Virus record (IMG/VR): IMGVR_UViG_3300045988_175607
Location: 111,956-175,955 of that record
Strand: one strand, 5' to 3'
Length of the DNA: 64,000 bases
Origin: a virus
Part shown: positions 26,626-35,133 of the stretch, piece after piece
Numbering within the stretch: position 1 is the first letter of the stretch
Layout: each line of letters opens with the position of its first letter
The notes under the pieces: model-generated
What the model was told of the DNA's origin: nothing
Seen by the model: the letters and a program-made list of their open reading frames with translations, nothing else
Database searches by the model: none
Made by a program: the position numbers and the translations under genes

Positions 26626-27426
26626 ATGCGTTATTGTCTTAAATCCCGCCAAAAGAAAGAATTGCTTGCGGAAGCCGATGAAATACGTGTGGCCGCGCGC
26701 GATTATAAACAAGCAATTGATTTAATGGAAGATTATCCAAAAGCAAGAATAATCGTTGAGATAGATGATTTAGATATAAAATGGAGTATACTCCAAACTC
26801 TTAATAAAAAATATCCTGGCCGCCTTGTGTTATGTTTAGCTATTGGAGATGTATTAGAAGAATTTAAGGAATTTGAATATTTCTTTTCTTTTTATTTGAA
26901 TACTTGGCAAGATCTTAATTCTGCTGTATCTCTTGGTGTAAACGAAGGGTTTATTGGCGCACCTCTTTTTTTCCAACAGGATAGAATAAAAGAACGTTAT
27001 CCTGATTTTAAAGTGCGCGCAATTCCTAATCGCGCAGCAACTGGCAATGTGGCGCGTAAAGACTTCGCTCACGGTACATGGATCAGACCGGAAGATACTG
27101 AATTTTATGAACCATATGTCTGGTGTTTTGAATTTGCATCTTCTGGACCTGATATAGAAGAAGTTCTTTATAAAATATATAGACATAATAAAGAATGGCG
27201 CGGTAATATAAACATTCTAATTCCACAATTAGATTATAATACAAATAATCAATTTATCGCTAAAGAAATAATGCCGACTCGACTTAATTGTAATCAAACT
27301 TGCGAGACACGCGGCTCATGTCATTTGTGTGATACCGCACTTAAGTGGCAGGCAACAATTGAAGAATATCGTCGGCAAAAGGAAGAAAAACGCACAGTTA
27401 AATCGAGTTCAATGGCTACTGATTGA
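26626..27426 (+). CDS. hypothetical protein (266 aa)
   Basis: RBS gaaaggaag. Confidence 0.5.
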   Translation: MRYCLKSRQKKELLAEADEIRVAARDYKQAIDLMEDYPKARIIVEIDDLDIKWSILQTLNKKYPGRLVLCLAIGDVLEEFKEFEYFFSFYLNTWQDLNSAVSLGVNEGFIGAPLFFQQDRIKERYPDFKVRAIPNRAATGNVARKDFAHGTWIRPEDTEFYEPYVWCFEFASSGPDIEEVLYKIYRHNKEWRGNINILIPQLDYNTNNQFIAKEIMPTRLNCNQTCETRGSCHLCDTALKWQATIEEYRRQKEEKRTVKSSSMATD

Positions 27427-27462
27427 TTTTTTATATAAATTATTATATAATATATATAGAAA
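27424..27462 (+). promoter_or_regulatory. conserved phage promoter motif
   Basis: TTGATTttttatataaattattaTATAATatatatagaaaataaaggg. Confidence 0.5.
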
Positions 27463-27480
27463 ATAAAGGGAGGTTTATGA

Positions 27481-28524
27481 ATGAGGATATTTACTCCAAG
27501 CGAGCAAGAGCTATTTGAGCAGTTGGTTTGTTTGAAACAGCCAGTGCTTTTAAAGGCTTGTAAAAACTATTTGCAACGAATAGGCTATAAAAATGTTATA
27601 GTTACAAAGGATTATGTGGTTGCGGAAGGTGAGATTCCCATAGTTCTTTCTGCGCATTTGGATACTGTATTTAGTGAACCTCCCAAGGCACAAGATATTT
27701 TTTATGACCGCAAGAAGAATGTAATGTGGAGTCCTAGCGGTCTTGGTGCTGATGATAGGGCTGGCGTCTTTGCGATTTTCACTTTGTTGCGCCGTGGACT
27801 GCGCCCGCACATTGTTTTCACCACCGATGAGGAACTTGGATGCCTTGGCGCCGAAGCTTTGATAACGCGCGAATGTCCTTTTAAGGATATTAGGTATATT
27901 ATACAGATAGATCGTCGTGGTTCTAATGATTGCGTTTTCTATGATTTGGATTATCCAGAATTTGAAAAATACATAGAAAGTTTTGGTTTTGTAACAGCCC
28001 CAGGCTCTTTCACAGATATTGTTGTACTTTGCCCAGCGTGGAAGGTTGCGGGAGTTAATTTGTCTACTGGATATTATAATGAACATAGTATTGCAGAGAT
28101 TCTGCGCCCCAATCAATTGATGGCTACAATTGATAAAATCGAGAAAATGCTTCGTGCGGAAAACACTGTACATTGGAAATATATAGGCTATAAAAAGACC
28201 CCGCACTCGCTTTGGAATATTGCCTATGGTATGGGGCCTTTGGAAGATGACACTGAAATAGTAAATTGTACAGGTTGCGGCAAAGAATTTTTTGAGGTTG
28301 AAACATACCCCGTAAAAGACTTTGATACTAATACAATAGAACATTTTTGTATTGATTGTTTGTGCCAATATGCGCACTGGTGCAATTGTTGTTCAGAACC
28401 TTATATAGCAACAGCAAATTATAATCATAAAGATATATGTCCGGCATGTTATGCCGTAGAAGGAGAAGAGAATGGCAGCGAGAGGAACAATAGCGAAAGA
28501 CAAGATAACAAAAAAAATTCTTGA
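27481..28524 (+). CDS. Zn-metallopeptidase-like protein (M20/M28/M42-type motifs) with C-terminal Cys-rich zinc-binding tail
   Basis: HLDTV, GADDRAG, TDEELG metal-ligand-like motifs; C-terminal CTGCG...CIDCLC...CNCC...CPAC. Confidence 0.5.
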   Translation: MRIFTPSEQELFEQLVCLKQPVLLKACKNYLQRIGYKNVIVTKDYVVAEGEIPIVLSAHLDTVFSEPPKAQDIFYDRKKNVMWSPSGLGADDRAGVFAIFTLLRRGLRPHIVFTTDEELGCLGAEALITRECPFKDIRYIIQIDRRGSNDCVFYDLDYPEFEKYIESFGFVTAPGSFTDIVVLCPAWKVAGVNLSTGYYNEHSIAEILRPNQLMATIDKIEKMLRAENTVHWKYIGYKKTPHSLWNIAYGMGPLEDDTEIVNCTGCGKEFFEVETYPVKDFDTNTIEHFCIDCLCQYAHWCNCCSEPYIATANYNHKDICPACYAVEGEENGSERNNSERQDNKKNS

Positions 28525-28789
28525 TACTTTTGGAAAAGACGCTTTTGTATATGACAAGAAGCTTTATATTTGGTCAGAGGAAAATGGCGAAAAGGTGCAG
28601 GTTGCACTTACACTCACTTGCCCGAAAGTACCGGCCGGAGAGGTTGTGGCCGTAGACCGCAGTAAGGCGCCTAGTATGTCTGATATGCTTGAATTTGGAG
28701 CTCAGGAACATCGTGAGTCAGTTCAGCAGCAGATAACAACTGATGAGCGCGAAAATATTAGGAAGCTTATGGAATCATTGGGCCTTTGA
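28472..28789 (+). CDS. hypothetical protein (105 aa), overlaps previous gene by 53 nt
   Basis: ORF with internal RBS-like aggagaagaga; start uncertain. Confidence 0.35.
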   Translation: MAARGTIAKDKITKKILDTFGKDAFVYDKKLYIWSEENGEKVQVALTLTCPKVPAGEVVAVDRSKAPSMSDMLEFGAQEHRESVQQQITTDERENIRKLMESLGL

Positions 28790-28818
28790 GAAATTTGCCT
28801 TTGGGCAATTTTTCAAAA

Positions 28819-28860
28819 TTGATTTTTTATAAAAAATATAATATAATATATATAGAAAAT
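28819..28860 (+). promoter_or_regulatory. conserved phage promoter motif (archetype TTGATT-N17-TATAAT-ATATATAGAAAAT)
   Basis: aTTGATTttttataaaaaatataaTATAATatatatagaaaatgagag. Confidence 0.55.
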
Positions 28861-28869
28861 GAGAGAGGG

Positions 28870-29150
28870 AAAGAAACAAGGAGTAGCTACCTTAAAGTAA
28901 GTCCTTTGAACATTTACTCTTTGATGGCTGAGAGTATAATTAGGTAACATCGCTTCGTACAGAAAAGTTGTTCGCGGGTTCCACAGCACTGAGCTTCTGA
29001 GTCGTTATCAGCGCAACAAAGCAAATGAACCGTGGGTAGAGGGGATTGATCTTTCCTTGGGACTACCTTAACACTTTCCCTAAAGAGGAGTCATGACCTC
29101 AACTTCAGAGCTGGGTATCTCTGAAGTAAACCTCAAAACTACCTTTTTTA
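28870..29150 (+). ncRNA. ~280-nt GC-richer untranslated leader, candidate structured RNA (function unknown)
   Basis: No plus-strand ORF between the promoter at 28819 and the ATG at 29170; GC about 45% against ~30% flanks; hairpins such as cttcagagctgggtatctctgaag. Confidence 0.25.
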
Positions 29151-29169
29151 AAAGGAGTAATGAAAGCTT

Positions 29170-29358
29170 ATGTATTTTTGTCCAACTTGTCACAAGTCTT
29201 TTGAAGATGAAGAATCTATAAGAAAACATTTTCTTAATTGTTGGAAAGAGCAGCATCCTTATCATGTGTCGAAACCAGCGCCACAAGGTGAAAATGTTGA
29301 GACTCGACAGATAAGTGATGATATAATGAACTTTTTTAATTCTTTTAAGGAGTATTGA
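29170..29358 (+). CDS. C2H2-like zinc-finger small protein (62 aa)
   Basis: CPTCHKSF...HFLNCW; RBS aaaaggagtaatgaaagctt. Confidence 0.5.
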   Translation: MYFCPTCHKSFEDEESIRKHFLNCWKEQHPYHVSKPAPQGENVETRQISDDIMNFFNSFKEY

Positions 29359-29714
29359 TTATGCGGGAAGTAGCTATCAAGACACATTTGATTATACAGT
29401 CCGTCCATGACGAATATCATATGTCGTGGCAGGGTAAGATTATCAATACAAAACCTAAGTTCAAAGATAACAAACTTATGTTTGCTATTGTTGGCGGCAA
29501 AGGGCGCATGGAAATTAATACTCTTGATATGCAGGAAGTTGAGCGGTGCGCAAAGTTGATGACATTGCCGCGCGGTCGTGAAGCTATAACAAGTGATACT
29601 GCAAGGGTTTATATCATTGAAGAAGATGATAAAGAAACTCTTATGGGACTTATGACGCATAATCATGTAAAAAAGTATGCACCTATGTACGATAAAGTGG
29701 GGTATAGCGATTAA
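29355..29714 (+). CDS. hypothetical protein (119 aa)
   Basis: ATG overlapping the previous stop (ATGA); RBS aaggag. Confidence 0.5.
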   Translation: MIMREVAIKTHLIIQSVHDEYHMSWQGKIINTKPKFKDNKLMFAIVGGKGRMEINTLDMQEVERCAKLMTLPRGREAITSDTARVYIIEEDDKETLMGLMTHNHVKKYAPMYDKVGYSD

Positions 29715-29722
29715 TATAACCT

Positions 29723-29876
29723 GACTCGTTAGCTCAGTTGGTTTAGAGCACTCGACTTTTGGAAATATAGCTTAGTTGGTAAAGCTTGCGGCTGTTAACC
29801 GCACGACCGTAGGTTCAAGTCCTACTATTTCCGCCAAATCGAGTTGTCCTGAGTTCAAATCTCAGACGAGTCACCA
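29723..29876 (+). tRNA. tRNA-Lys(UUU) gene interrupted in its anticodon loop (between nt 36 and 37) by a complete tRNA-Asn gene; exons 29723-29760 and 29837-29876, CCA encoded
   Basis: Exons join to GACTCGTTAGCTCAGTTGGTTTAGAGCACTCGACTTTT|AATCGAGTTGTCCTGAGTTCAAATCTCAGACGAGTCACCA; perfect cloverleaf (acceptor GACTCGT/ACGAGTC, anticodon stem CTCGA/TCGAG, loop CUUUUAA); close to Bacillus tRNA-Lys. Confidence 0.7.
29761..29836 (+). tRNA. tRNA-Asn(GUU), 76 nt with encoded CCA, nested inside the tRNA-Lys anticodon loop
   Basis: GGAAATATAGCTTAGTTGGTAAAGCTTGCGGCTGTTAACCGCACGACCGTAGGTTCAAGTCCTACTATTTCCGCCA; acceptor GGAAATA/TATTTCC, anticodon loop CUGUUAA, T-arm GTAGG/CCTAC, discriminator G. Confidence 0.8.
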
Positions 29877-30199
29877 TACTTAAAGAGTCCTCCTAAGACT
29901 TTCTTTAAGGCTTACTATAAGGGAAGAAATGTCGGATATTATATTGAAGAAAGATATAATATTGTACAGGTTTTTATTTTTTCCTTAGAAAAAATAAATT
30001 GGGCGCAAAGCGCCCAAGCTATAATCTTGCCGTCGTCAGTTCCAAGCCTGAGTGGAAAAAAGAGAGGATAGTTTTTCATTTTTAGAGGTTCAAAATTAAT
30101 CCACAGGAAGTGCAAGTCTTCACACGGGTTCATAGAGGATTAATGGGCGTGGTTACAGATTCCACGGCTGGAAGGCGCCTCCAGTAACTTAAATAACAT

Positions 30200-30275
30200 T
30201 GCGGGGTGGAGCAGTGGTTAGCTCACCGGTCTCATAATCCGGGCGTCGAGGGTCCGAATCCCTTCCCCGCTACCA
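30200..30275 (+). tRNA. tRNA with CAU anticodon (Met, or Ile2 if lysidinylated)
   Basis: tGCGGGGTGGAGCAGTGGTTAGCTCACCGGTCTCATAATCCGGGCGTCGAGGGTCCGAATCCCTTCCCCGCTACCA; mismatch at the 1-72 position and a UCC T-loop noted. Confidence 0.6.
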
Positions 30276-30293
30276 CTTACCGAGGAAAAACTT

Positions 30294-30602
30294 ATGAATA
30301 AAACTGCCATTGCGCAAATTAATAACTTTATAAAACGTCGTTTTCCACTTGATTGTAATTGGATGAATGGAAATTGTTATTGGTTTGCGCGCATACTTGC
30401 TGACGCTTTTCCAGAATATGAGCCAATTATATGTTATTGGCCAAAAGATGGACATTTTACTTGTTGCTTTTGGAAATTAAACAAAACCCATTTTGACTAT
30501 TCTGGGGAAGTTACTGAATTAGATAATTTCTTTAGTCTTGATGCTATTGCAGATTTAGATCCTGAGTGGTATCAAAGACTTAAACGGGATTGTATTATTT
30601 GA
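30294..30602 (+). CDS. hypothetical Cys/Trp-rich protein (102 aa)
   Basis: ATG 9 nt after gaggaaaaac; follows the tRNAs directly. Confidence 0.45.
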   Translation: MNKTAIAQINNFIKRRFPLDCNWMNGNCYWFARILADAFPEYEPIICYWPKDGHFTCCFWKLNKTHFDYSGEVTELDNFFSLDAIADLDPEWYQRLKRDCII

Positions 30603-30640
30603 TATTTTTTAAAAAATATTGTATAATACATATATAAGAA
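30599..30640 (+). promoter_or_regulatory. conserved phage promoter motif
   Basis: TTGATAttttttaaaaaatattgTATAATacatatataagaaag. Confidence 0.5.
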
Positions 30641-30886
30641 AGAAAGAATATACTCTCCTTCCTTTTATTTATTTATTTCAAACACATACTTTTTTTTCTT
30701 TCTTTCTTTTTTTTGGGGGTGTATTTTGAGTAAAAAGGGTTACGCGAATACACTAAAAATATCCCCAAAGGGAGTCAACTGTTATGGACTCCATCTTATC
30801 TTTTTTTCTTTTCTTTTGTTGCTTCCTTTCATGTAACAAAAACTTTTCCTGATGAGTTTTTAAATTTTTAGATTCAGGTTTTTATA

Positions 30887-30925
30887 AGCAGAAGTTTTTT
30901 GACTTCTGCTATTTTTTTTGTTATA
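30887..30925 (+). terminator. rho-independent terminator
   Basis: aagcagaagttttttgacttctgct plus attttttttg. Confidence 0.6.
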
Positions 30926-31012
30926 ATTAATATAGGCCAAAAGTGAATAAAAACTAACCACGAAATTTTATATTTTATAGATATAAGATTAAGAGAAAGG
31001 AGTTTTATATTT

Positions 31013-31603
31013 ATGGCTTAGAAAAACTATCCTAATCGAGATTATAATTTCGACGCTGATAATTTTAATGATATATTTAAAAGGCTTGAAAAACTGCGCG
31101 CGGCGCATTATGCGGGCAATGACGCTGGGTCTACCGCCCGAGCACAATTAGCTGATTCTTTTAAAACAAATATAGTTTCAGATAATACCCGTGGCGAAGG
31201 TGAAAATGCTAGCGATACAAGTAGTCCACATAATTTATTAAAAAACTATTTGCTTAAATTATAGACAAGTGCTTTTTTATCTGATAAAGTAAGTAAAGAT
31301 GATATATATAATTTAGAAATCCCCCTTGCCGATGATTTAATTAATGCTAATGAATATGATAATGTCATTGATATAATAAGTAAAATGGAAGGAGAGCCTT
31401 CTACTTATACTAATCATCATGCAGGATATAGTCCAGTTTATAAATGTAATGCGCATGATAATAGCGCGAATTATAATGATGAACGTTATCAAAATAATCA
31501 AAATATAAGAAATACAGAATGTGTTGGCACTGGAAAATGGTATTCAGATTTTCTTTTTCCTAATGGAAAACATAGTTGTACTTGGGGAGTAGATTACTCA
31601 TAA
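31013..31603 (+). CDS. precursor-like protein A1 (197 codons) upstream of two radical-SAM genes; in-frame TAG at codons 3 and 84
   Basis: ATG 31013 after agagaaaggag; MA-TAG-KNYPNRDYNFDADNFNDIFKRLEKLRAAHYAGNDAG... continuous with ORF-track 31385-31603; N-terminal region homologous to 37693-38316. Confidence 0.6.
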
Positions 31604-32866
31604 ATGATTTTAAGTTTAATTACATCTAATTCATGCAATCAAAAATGTTCATATTGTTATTTGCATAAAAATCCTGCTTATCAAGAACAAGATAAAAAGC
31701 TTTTACAGGCATTAGATGATGGTAGTTTTTTCAATAATATTATGAATACCATTCACTCTTTACACTATGACGTAAAAGATTTTGATACACTTGATTTTTG
31801 GGGTGGTGAGCCTACCCTATATTTTGATCAAGAAGATTATTTTGTTGACCAAATATTATATAATTTTCCTAATATAAATAAAATCGCATATTCGACAAAT
31901 TTTTCTACAATAGATCAACAGATAGATTTTATTAAGTATTTTAATAACTACATTCGTCATCTGGATTTATCCATTCAAATTTCTTATGATGGAATATTTA
32001 ATAAAATTACCCGTGGGGTTGATCCAAAAGAAATAAAGGAAAAATTAAAGCAATTTGTTTTCTTTTTAAATAAAGTTTATTTTAATAATTTAACTGTAAC
32101 AATTAATTTAAAAGCAACACTGCCTTGGGCTTTTTACCTTCAGCTTTGCACTGATGTAGAAAAATATCAAGAGTATTTAAAACACATTCAAGAATTACAA
32201 AAATATTTTGAAGCTCTTTCTTTGAATAAAAATGTTTTTTTGCGTATTAGTGATTCTATGATTTATCCTACCACAACCTCTCCTACTCATTACACTCAAG
32301 AAGATGGTAGACAATTTGCGCTTGGGGCTTATAATTTATATTTACATAATTTGCCCAATATACCTTTGCGCTTGGTAGAAAAATCTTTTAATGAGCCTTC
32401 TGATTATTGCGGACATATGACAAGGCAACTTTTATTTAAATACGATGGCACTCTGTCTCCTTGCCCCGCAGGGTTTATGGATGATAATGAGGCCAATCTT
32501 AAATGGTTAAAAGAAAATGACCCAGAAGAATATAAACAATTATTAAAAAGTAAATATCTTAGTAAAGAACACGATTATATTATTAGATATGTGGCGCAAG
32601 ACCTTAGAACGTCAGAGCTAACTTTTGTTATGAGTCAAATGTATGATTTGGCGCAAGCCGGCCTAATTTCTCCAGTGTATAAAGATAATGAGGCCGTGAG
32701 GTTCCGACATGCGCAATATTTAATTAACCTTCATTCCTGTTATTACTGGAATTTGCGCACTTCCGGCAGTTTATTCACCTTTTGGAATGATAATATAAAA
32801 TTATTCTGCAATGGATTGTTTGAATTTTATGATTGGATGAAAAATAATGGAACAGTATCAAATTGA
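31604..32866 (+). CDS. radical SAM enzyme (CX3CX2C, GGEP motif), cassette 1 first maturase-like gene
   Basis: SCNQKCSYCYLHK then FWGGEPTLYF; homolog of 38321-39667. Confidence 0.75.
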   Translation: MILSLITSNSCNQKCSYCYLHKNPAYQEQDKKLLQALDDGSFFNNIMNTIHSLHYDVKDFDTLDFWGGEPTLYFDQEDYFVDQILYNFPNINKIAYSTNFSTIDQQIDFIKYFNNYIRHLDLSIQISYDGIFNKITRGVDPKEIKEKLKQFVFFLNKVYFNNLTVTINLKATLPWAFYLQLCTDVEKYQEYLKHIQELQKYFEALSLNKNVFLRISDSMIYPTTTSPTHYTQEDGRQFALGAYNLYLHNLPNIPLRLVEKSFNEPSDYCGHMTRQLLFKYDGTLSPCPAGFMDDNEANLKWLKENDPEEYKQLLKSKYLSKEHDYIIRYVAQDLRTSELTFVMSQMYDLAQAGLISPVYKDNEAVRFRHAQYLINLHSCYYWNLRTSGSLFTFWNDNIKLFCNGLFEFYDWMKNNGTVSN

Positions 32867-34244
32867 AAATAATAAATTATTAACTTCTTTTATAGAAAGA
32901 CATTATTACAATGATCCAAATAAAGGAATTGAATTGTTCGTGCGCGCAAAATGTCCATCTAATTGTGTTTATTGTTATTTTAAAAAGTATGGTTGTGAAT
33001 TATATCCAGAAGATAAGCAAACTGATGAACAAATATTAAACAATTTAAATATATTTTTAGATTATTATATTAAAAAACAATTTACTAAAGATATTTCCTT
33101 ATTCTCTGGCGAGTTTATTATTGATGGATTATTTGGGCAAATTATGCAAATCTTTTATGATAAATTTACTAATCAATATTATAAACCTCGTGCAATAATA
33201 ATTTCTGATGATGGAGACTTTATTTCATATCCAGAAAAAATCCAAGAGGTAGAAGATTGGATTGCGCGACTGGCTTCAATAGGCATAGGTTTACATTTTA
33301 GTTTATCAGTTGATGGTAAATATATGGATATGAATCGTTCGCGGTCTCAGCGCACCGATGAGTATTACAAAACTCTTATTGATTTTTGTGATAAACACTT
33401 TTTTGCATTTCACCCAATGGTAAGTGCTTTCAATATCGACAAATGGATTGAAAATTATGATTGGTGGAAAAGTGTCCTTGATGATTTTCAATTTTCGCGA
33501 CTTATGTTACTTGAAGTGCGCGATGATAATTGGACAAATGATAAGATTCAAGAATACCTAAAATTCTTAAATTATGTTATTGAGGATAATTTTAAAAATC
33601 GTTATCATGGTAATCGCGAATTAATGGCGCAAAGAATTACTAATCAATTGTATTATACTACAGCTTCATATGATCCGCTTACCATTCCTTGCTTCTTAGA
33701 TGAAGATGGTCGCGATTATTTTGGTATGTGTTGTACTATAAAAACTAATTTGTGCGTGCGCTTAGGTGACCTTGCGATTGTACCTTGTCACCGCACCGCC
33801 TATCCGCAATTTGTCAATGGACATTTTGAAGTAATAGATGGAAAAATAAAAGGTATAGTTTGTGAAAACTACGAAATTCTTTCAGCTATTGGATCGTGGA
33901 ATCGTAATAGCGCACCTCGATGTAATTCCTGCAAAATAAAACAATGGTGTAGTGGAGGATGCCTTGGTTCTAATTTTGAATCAACTCATGAATTATTTAT
34001 TCCTCCTAAAACTGTATGTAATTTTATGCAGGCTAAATATAAATTTTTAATAATGAAATATGAAGATATGGGGTTGATGCCTTATATCAAAAACCATTTA
34101 TCTGAATTTCAATATAAATATATAGAAGATTATATGGATGTTTTATCCAAGGAGATTTTAATATATGGACGAGTTTTATCAGATAGAATCAATGATGCGC
34201 AAAATCAAGGAAAGTCTATCAGCCAATTCGTCAACCTTAGTTGA
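32847..34244 (+). CDS. radical SAM / SPASM-domain enzyme, cassette 1 second maturase-like gene
   Basis: KCPSNCVYCYF (CX3CX2C), FSGEF; C-terminal SPASM Cys cluster CCTIKTNLCVRLGDLAIVPCHRT...CNSCKIKQWCSGGC; homolog of 39633-41114. Confidence 0.75.
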   Translation: MEQYQIENNKLLTSFIERHYYNDPNKGIELFVRAKCPSNCVYCYFKKYGCELYPEDKQTDEQILNNLNIFLDYYIKKQFTKDISLFSGEFIIDGLFGQIMQIFYDKFTNQYYKPRAIIISDDGDFISYPEKIQEVEDWIARLASIGIGLHFSLSVDGKYMDMNRSRSQRTDEYYKTLIDFCDKHFFAFHPMVSAFNIDKWIENYDWWKSVLDDFQFSRLMLLEVRDDNWTNDKIQEYLKFLNYVIEDNFKNRYHGNRELMAQRITNQLYYTTASYDPLTIPCFLDEDGRDYFGMCCTIKTNLCVRLGDLAIVPCHRTAYPQFVNGHFEVIDGKIKGIVCENYEILSAIGSWNRNSAPRCNSCKIKQWCSGGCLGSNFESTHELFIPPKTVCNFMQAKYKFLIMKYEDMGLMPYIKNHLSEFQYKYIEDYMDVLSKEILIYGRVLSDRINDAQNQGKSISQFVNLS

Positions 34245-34410
34245 TTTCGTAGAATTGAGCAAAGCTTATTGGCTGACTAGAAAATATTGTGATGATAGCT
34301 TTCTTTCAGAAAGCATTGAAAGATTATTTTTTGATATTATTCAGTTACAATATGAATATGACCTTTTCCACGATGAAGAAATTCGTAAGGCCATATTAAG
34401 TTTTTATTGA
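34165..34410 (+). CDS. small protein (~80 aa) after the rSAM pair, homolog of 41086-41325; candidate partner or chaperone protein
   Basis: Shared (R/K)KYC(D/S)(D/S)S..E.IE.L motif; start uncertain (overlaps upstream gene by 80 nt). Confidence 0.4.
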   Translation: MDEFYQIESMMRKIKESLSANSSTLVDFVELSKAYWLTRKYCDDSFLSESIERLFFDIIQLQYEYDLFHDEEIRKAILSFY

Positions 34411-34484
34411 TTTTTTATAAAATTTATTATATAATATAATATGAAGAAAGAAGTTGAAAAGAAACTTTTTTCTTCATAATTTTT

Positions 34485-34574
34485 GTGGGGTTGGCAGAGT
34501 TTGGTTTAATGCATCGGCCTTGAAATCCGACGAGCGTAAAAGCTCCGCTAGTTCGAATCTAGCACCCCGCGCCA
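34485..34574 (+). tRNA. tRNA-Ser(UGA), type II with long variable arm
   Basis: GTGGGGTTGGCAGAGTTTGGTTTAATGCATCGGCCTTGAAATCCGACGAGCGTAAAAGCTCCGCTAGTTCGAATCTAGCACCCCGCGCCA; anticodon loop CUUGAAA. Confidence 0.65.
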
Positions 34575-34590
34575 CAGGGAGGATATTTAT

Positions 34591-35133
34591 ATGAAAATTG
34601 AGAATATATTCAAGCATCTACATCTTATTAATAAACACAGATGGTTTGTTTTTAAACGATGTTGTAAAGCGGGAATTTTATTGCAGGGGTTAACTCATGA
34701 TTTGTCTAAATATTCTCCCGTTGAATTTTGGGAATCGGTAAAATATTATAATGGAACTAAAAGCCCAATAAGTCAGTGCAAGGAAGAAAATGGCTGGAGC
34801 GCGGCTTGGCAGCATCATAAAGGTCGCAATAAACATCATTATCAATATTGGATAGATACTCCTGCGGTCGATGGCACTTTTAATTTTATAAAGATGCCGT
34901 ATAAATATGCGCTTGAGCTTATTTGTGACTATCTTGGTGCAGCGCAAGCTTATTTGGGAGATAAGTTTTCTTATGAAGCTGAATACGAATGGTGGATTAA
35001 TGAAAATTCTCTTGCTATGCATCCAGATACTTATAGTTTTATTAATACTATGCTGTTTACTATGAAAATGTCAAACAGTGACGATTGTTTACAAAGAGAC
35101 AAAAGTCTTCAAATTTATAATAGTATTTCCTAA
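34591..35133 (+). CDS. His-rich hypothetical protein (180 aa)
   Basis: THDLSKYSP...WQHHKGRNKHHYQYW; RBS gggaggata. Confidence 0.5.
   Translation: MKIENIFKHLHLINKHRWFVFKRCCKAGILLQGLTHDLSKYSPVEFWESVKYYNGTKSPISQCKEENGWSAAWQHHKGRNKHHYQYWIDTPAVDGTFNFIKMPYKYALELICDYLGAAQAYLGDKFSYEAEYEWWINENSLAMHPDTYSFINTMLFTMKMSNSDDCLQRDKSLQIYNSIS

Noticed and set aside
30100-30195. A possible additional tRNA or ncRNA between tRNA-Lys/Asn and tRNA-Met (hairpin ctggaaggcgcctccag)
   Set aside because: No cloverleaf could be folded; it is probably a spacer hairpin or processing signal.
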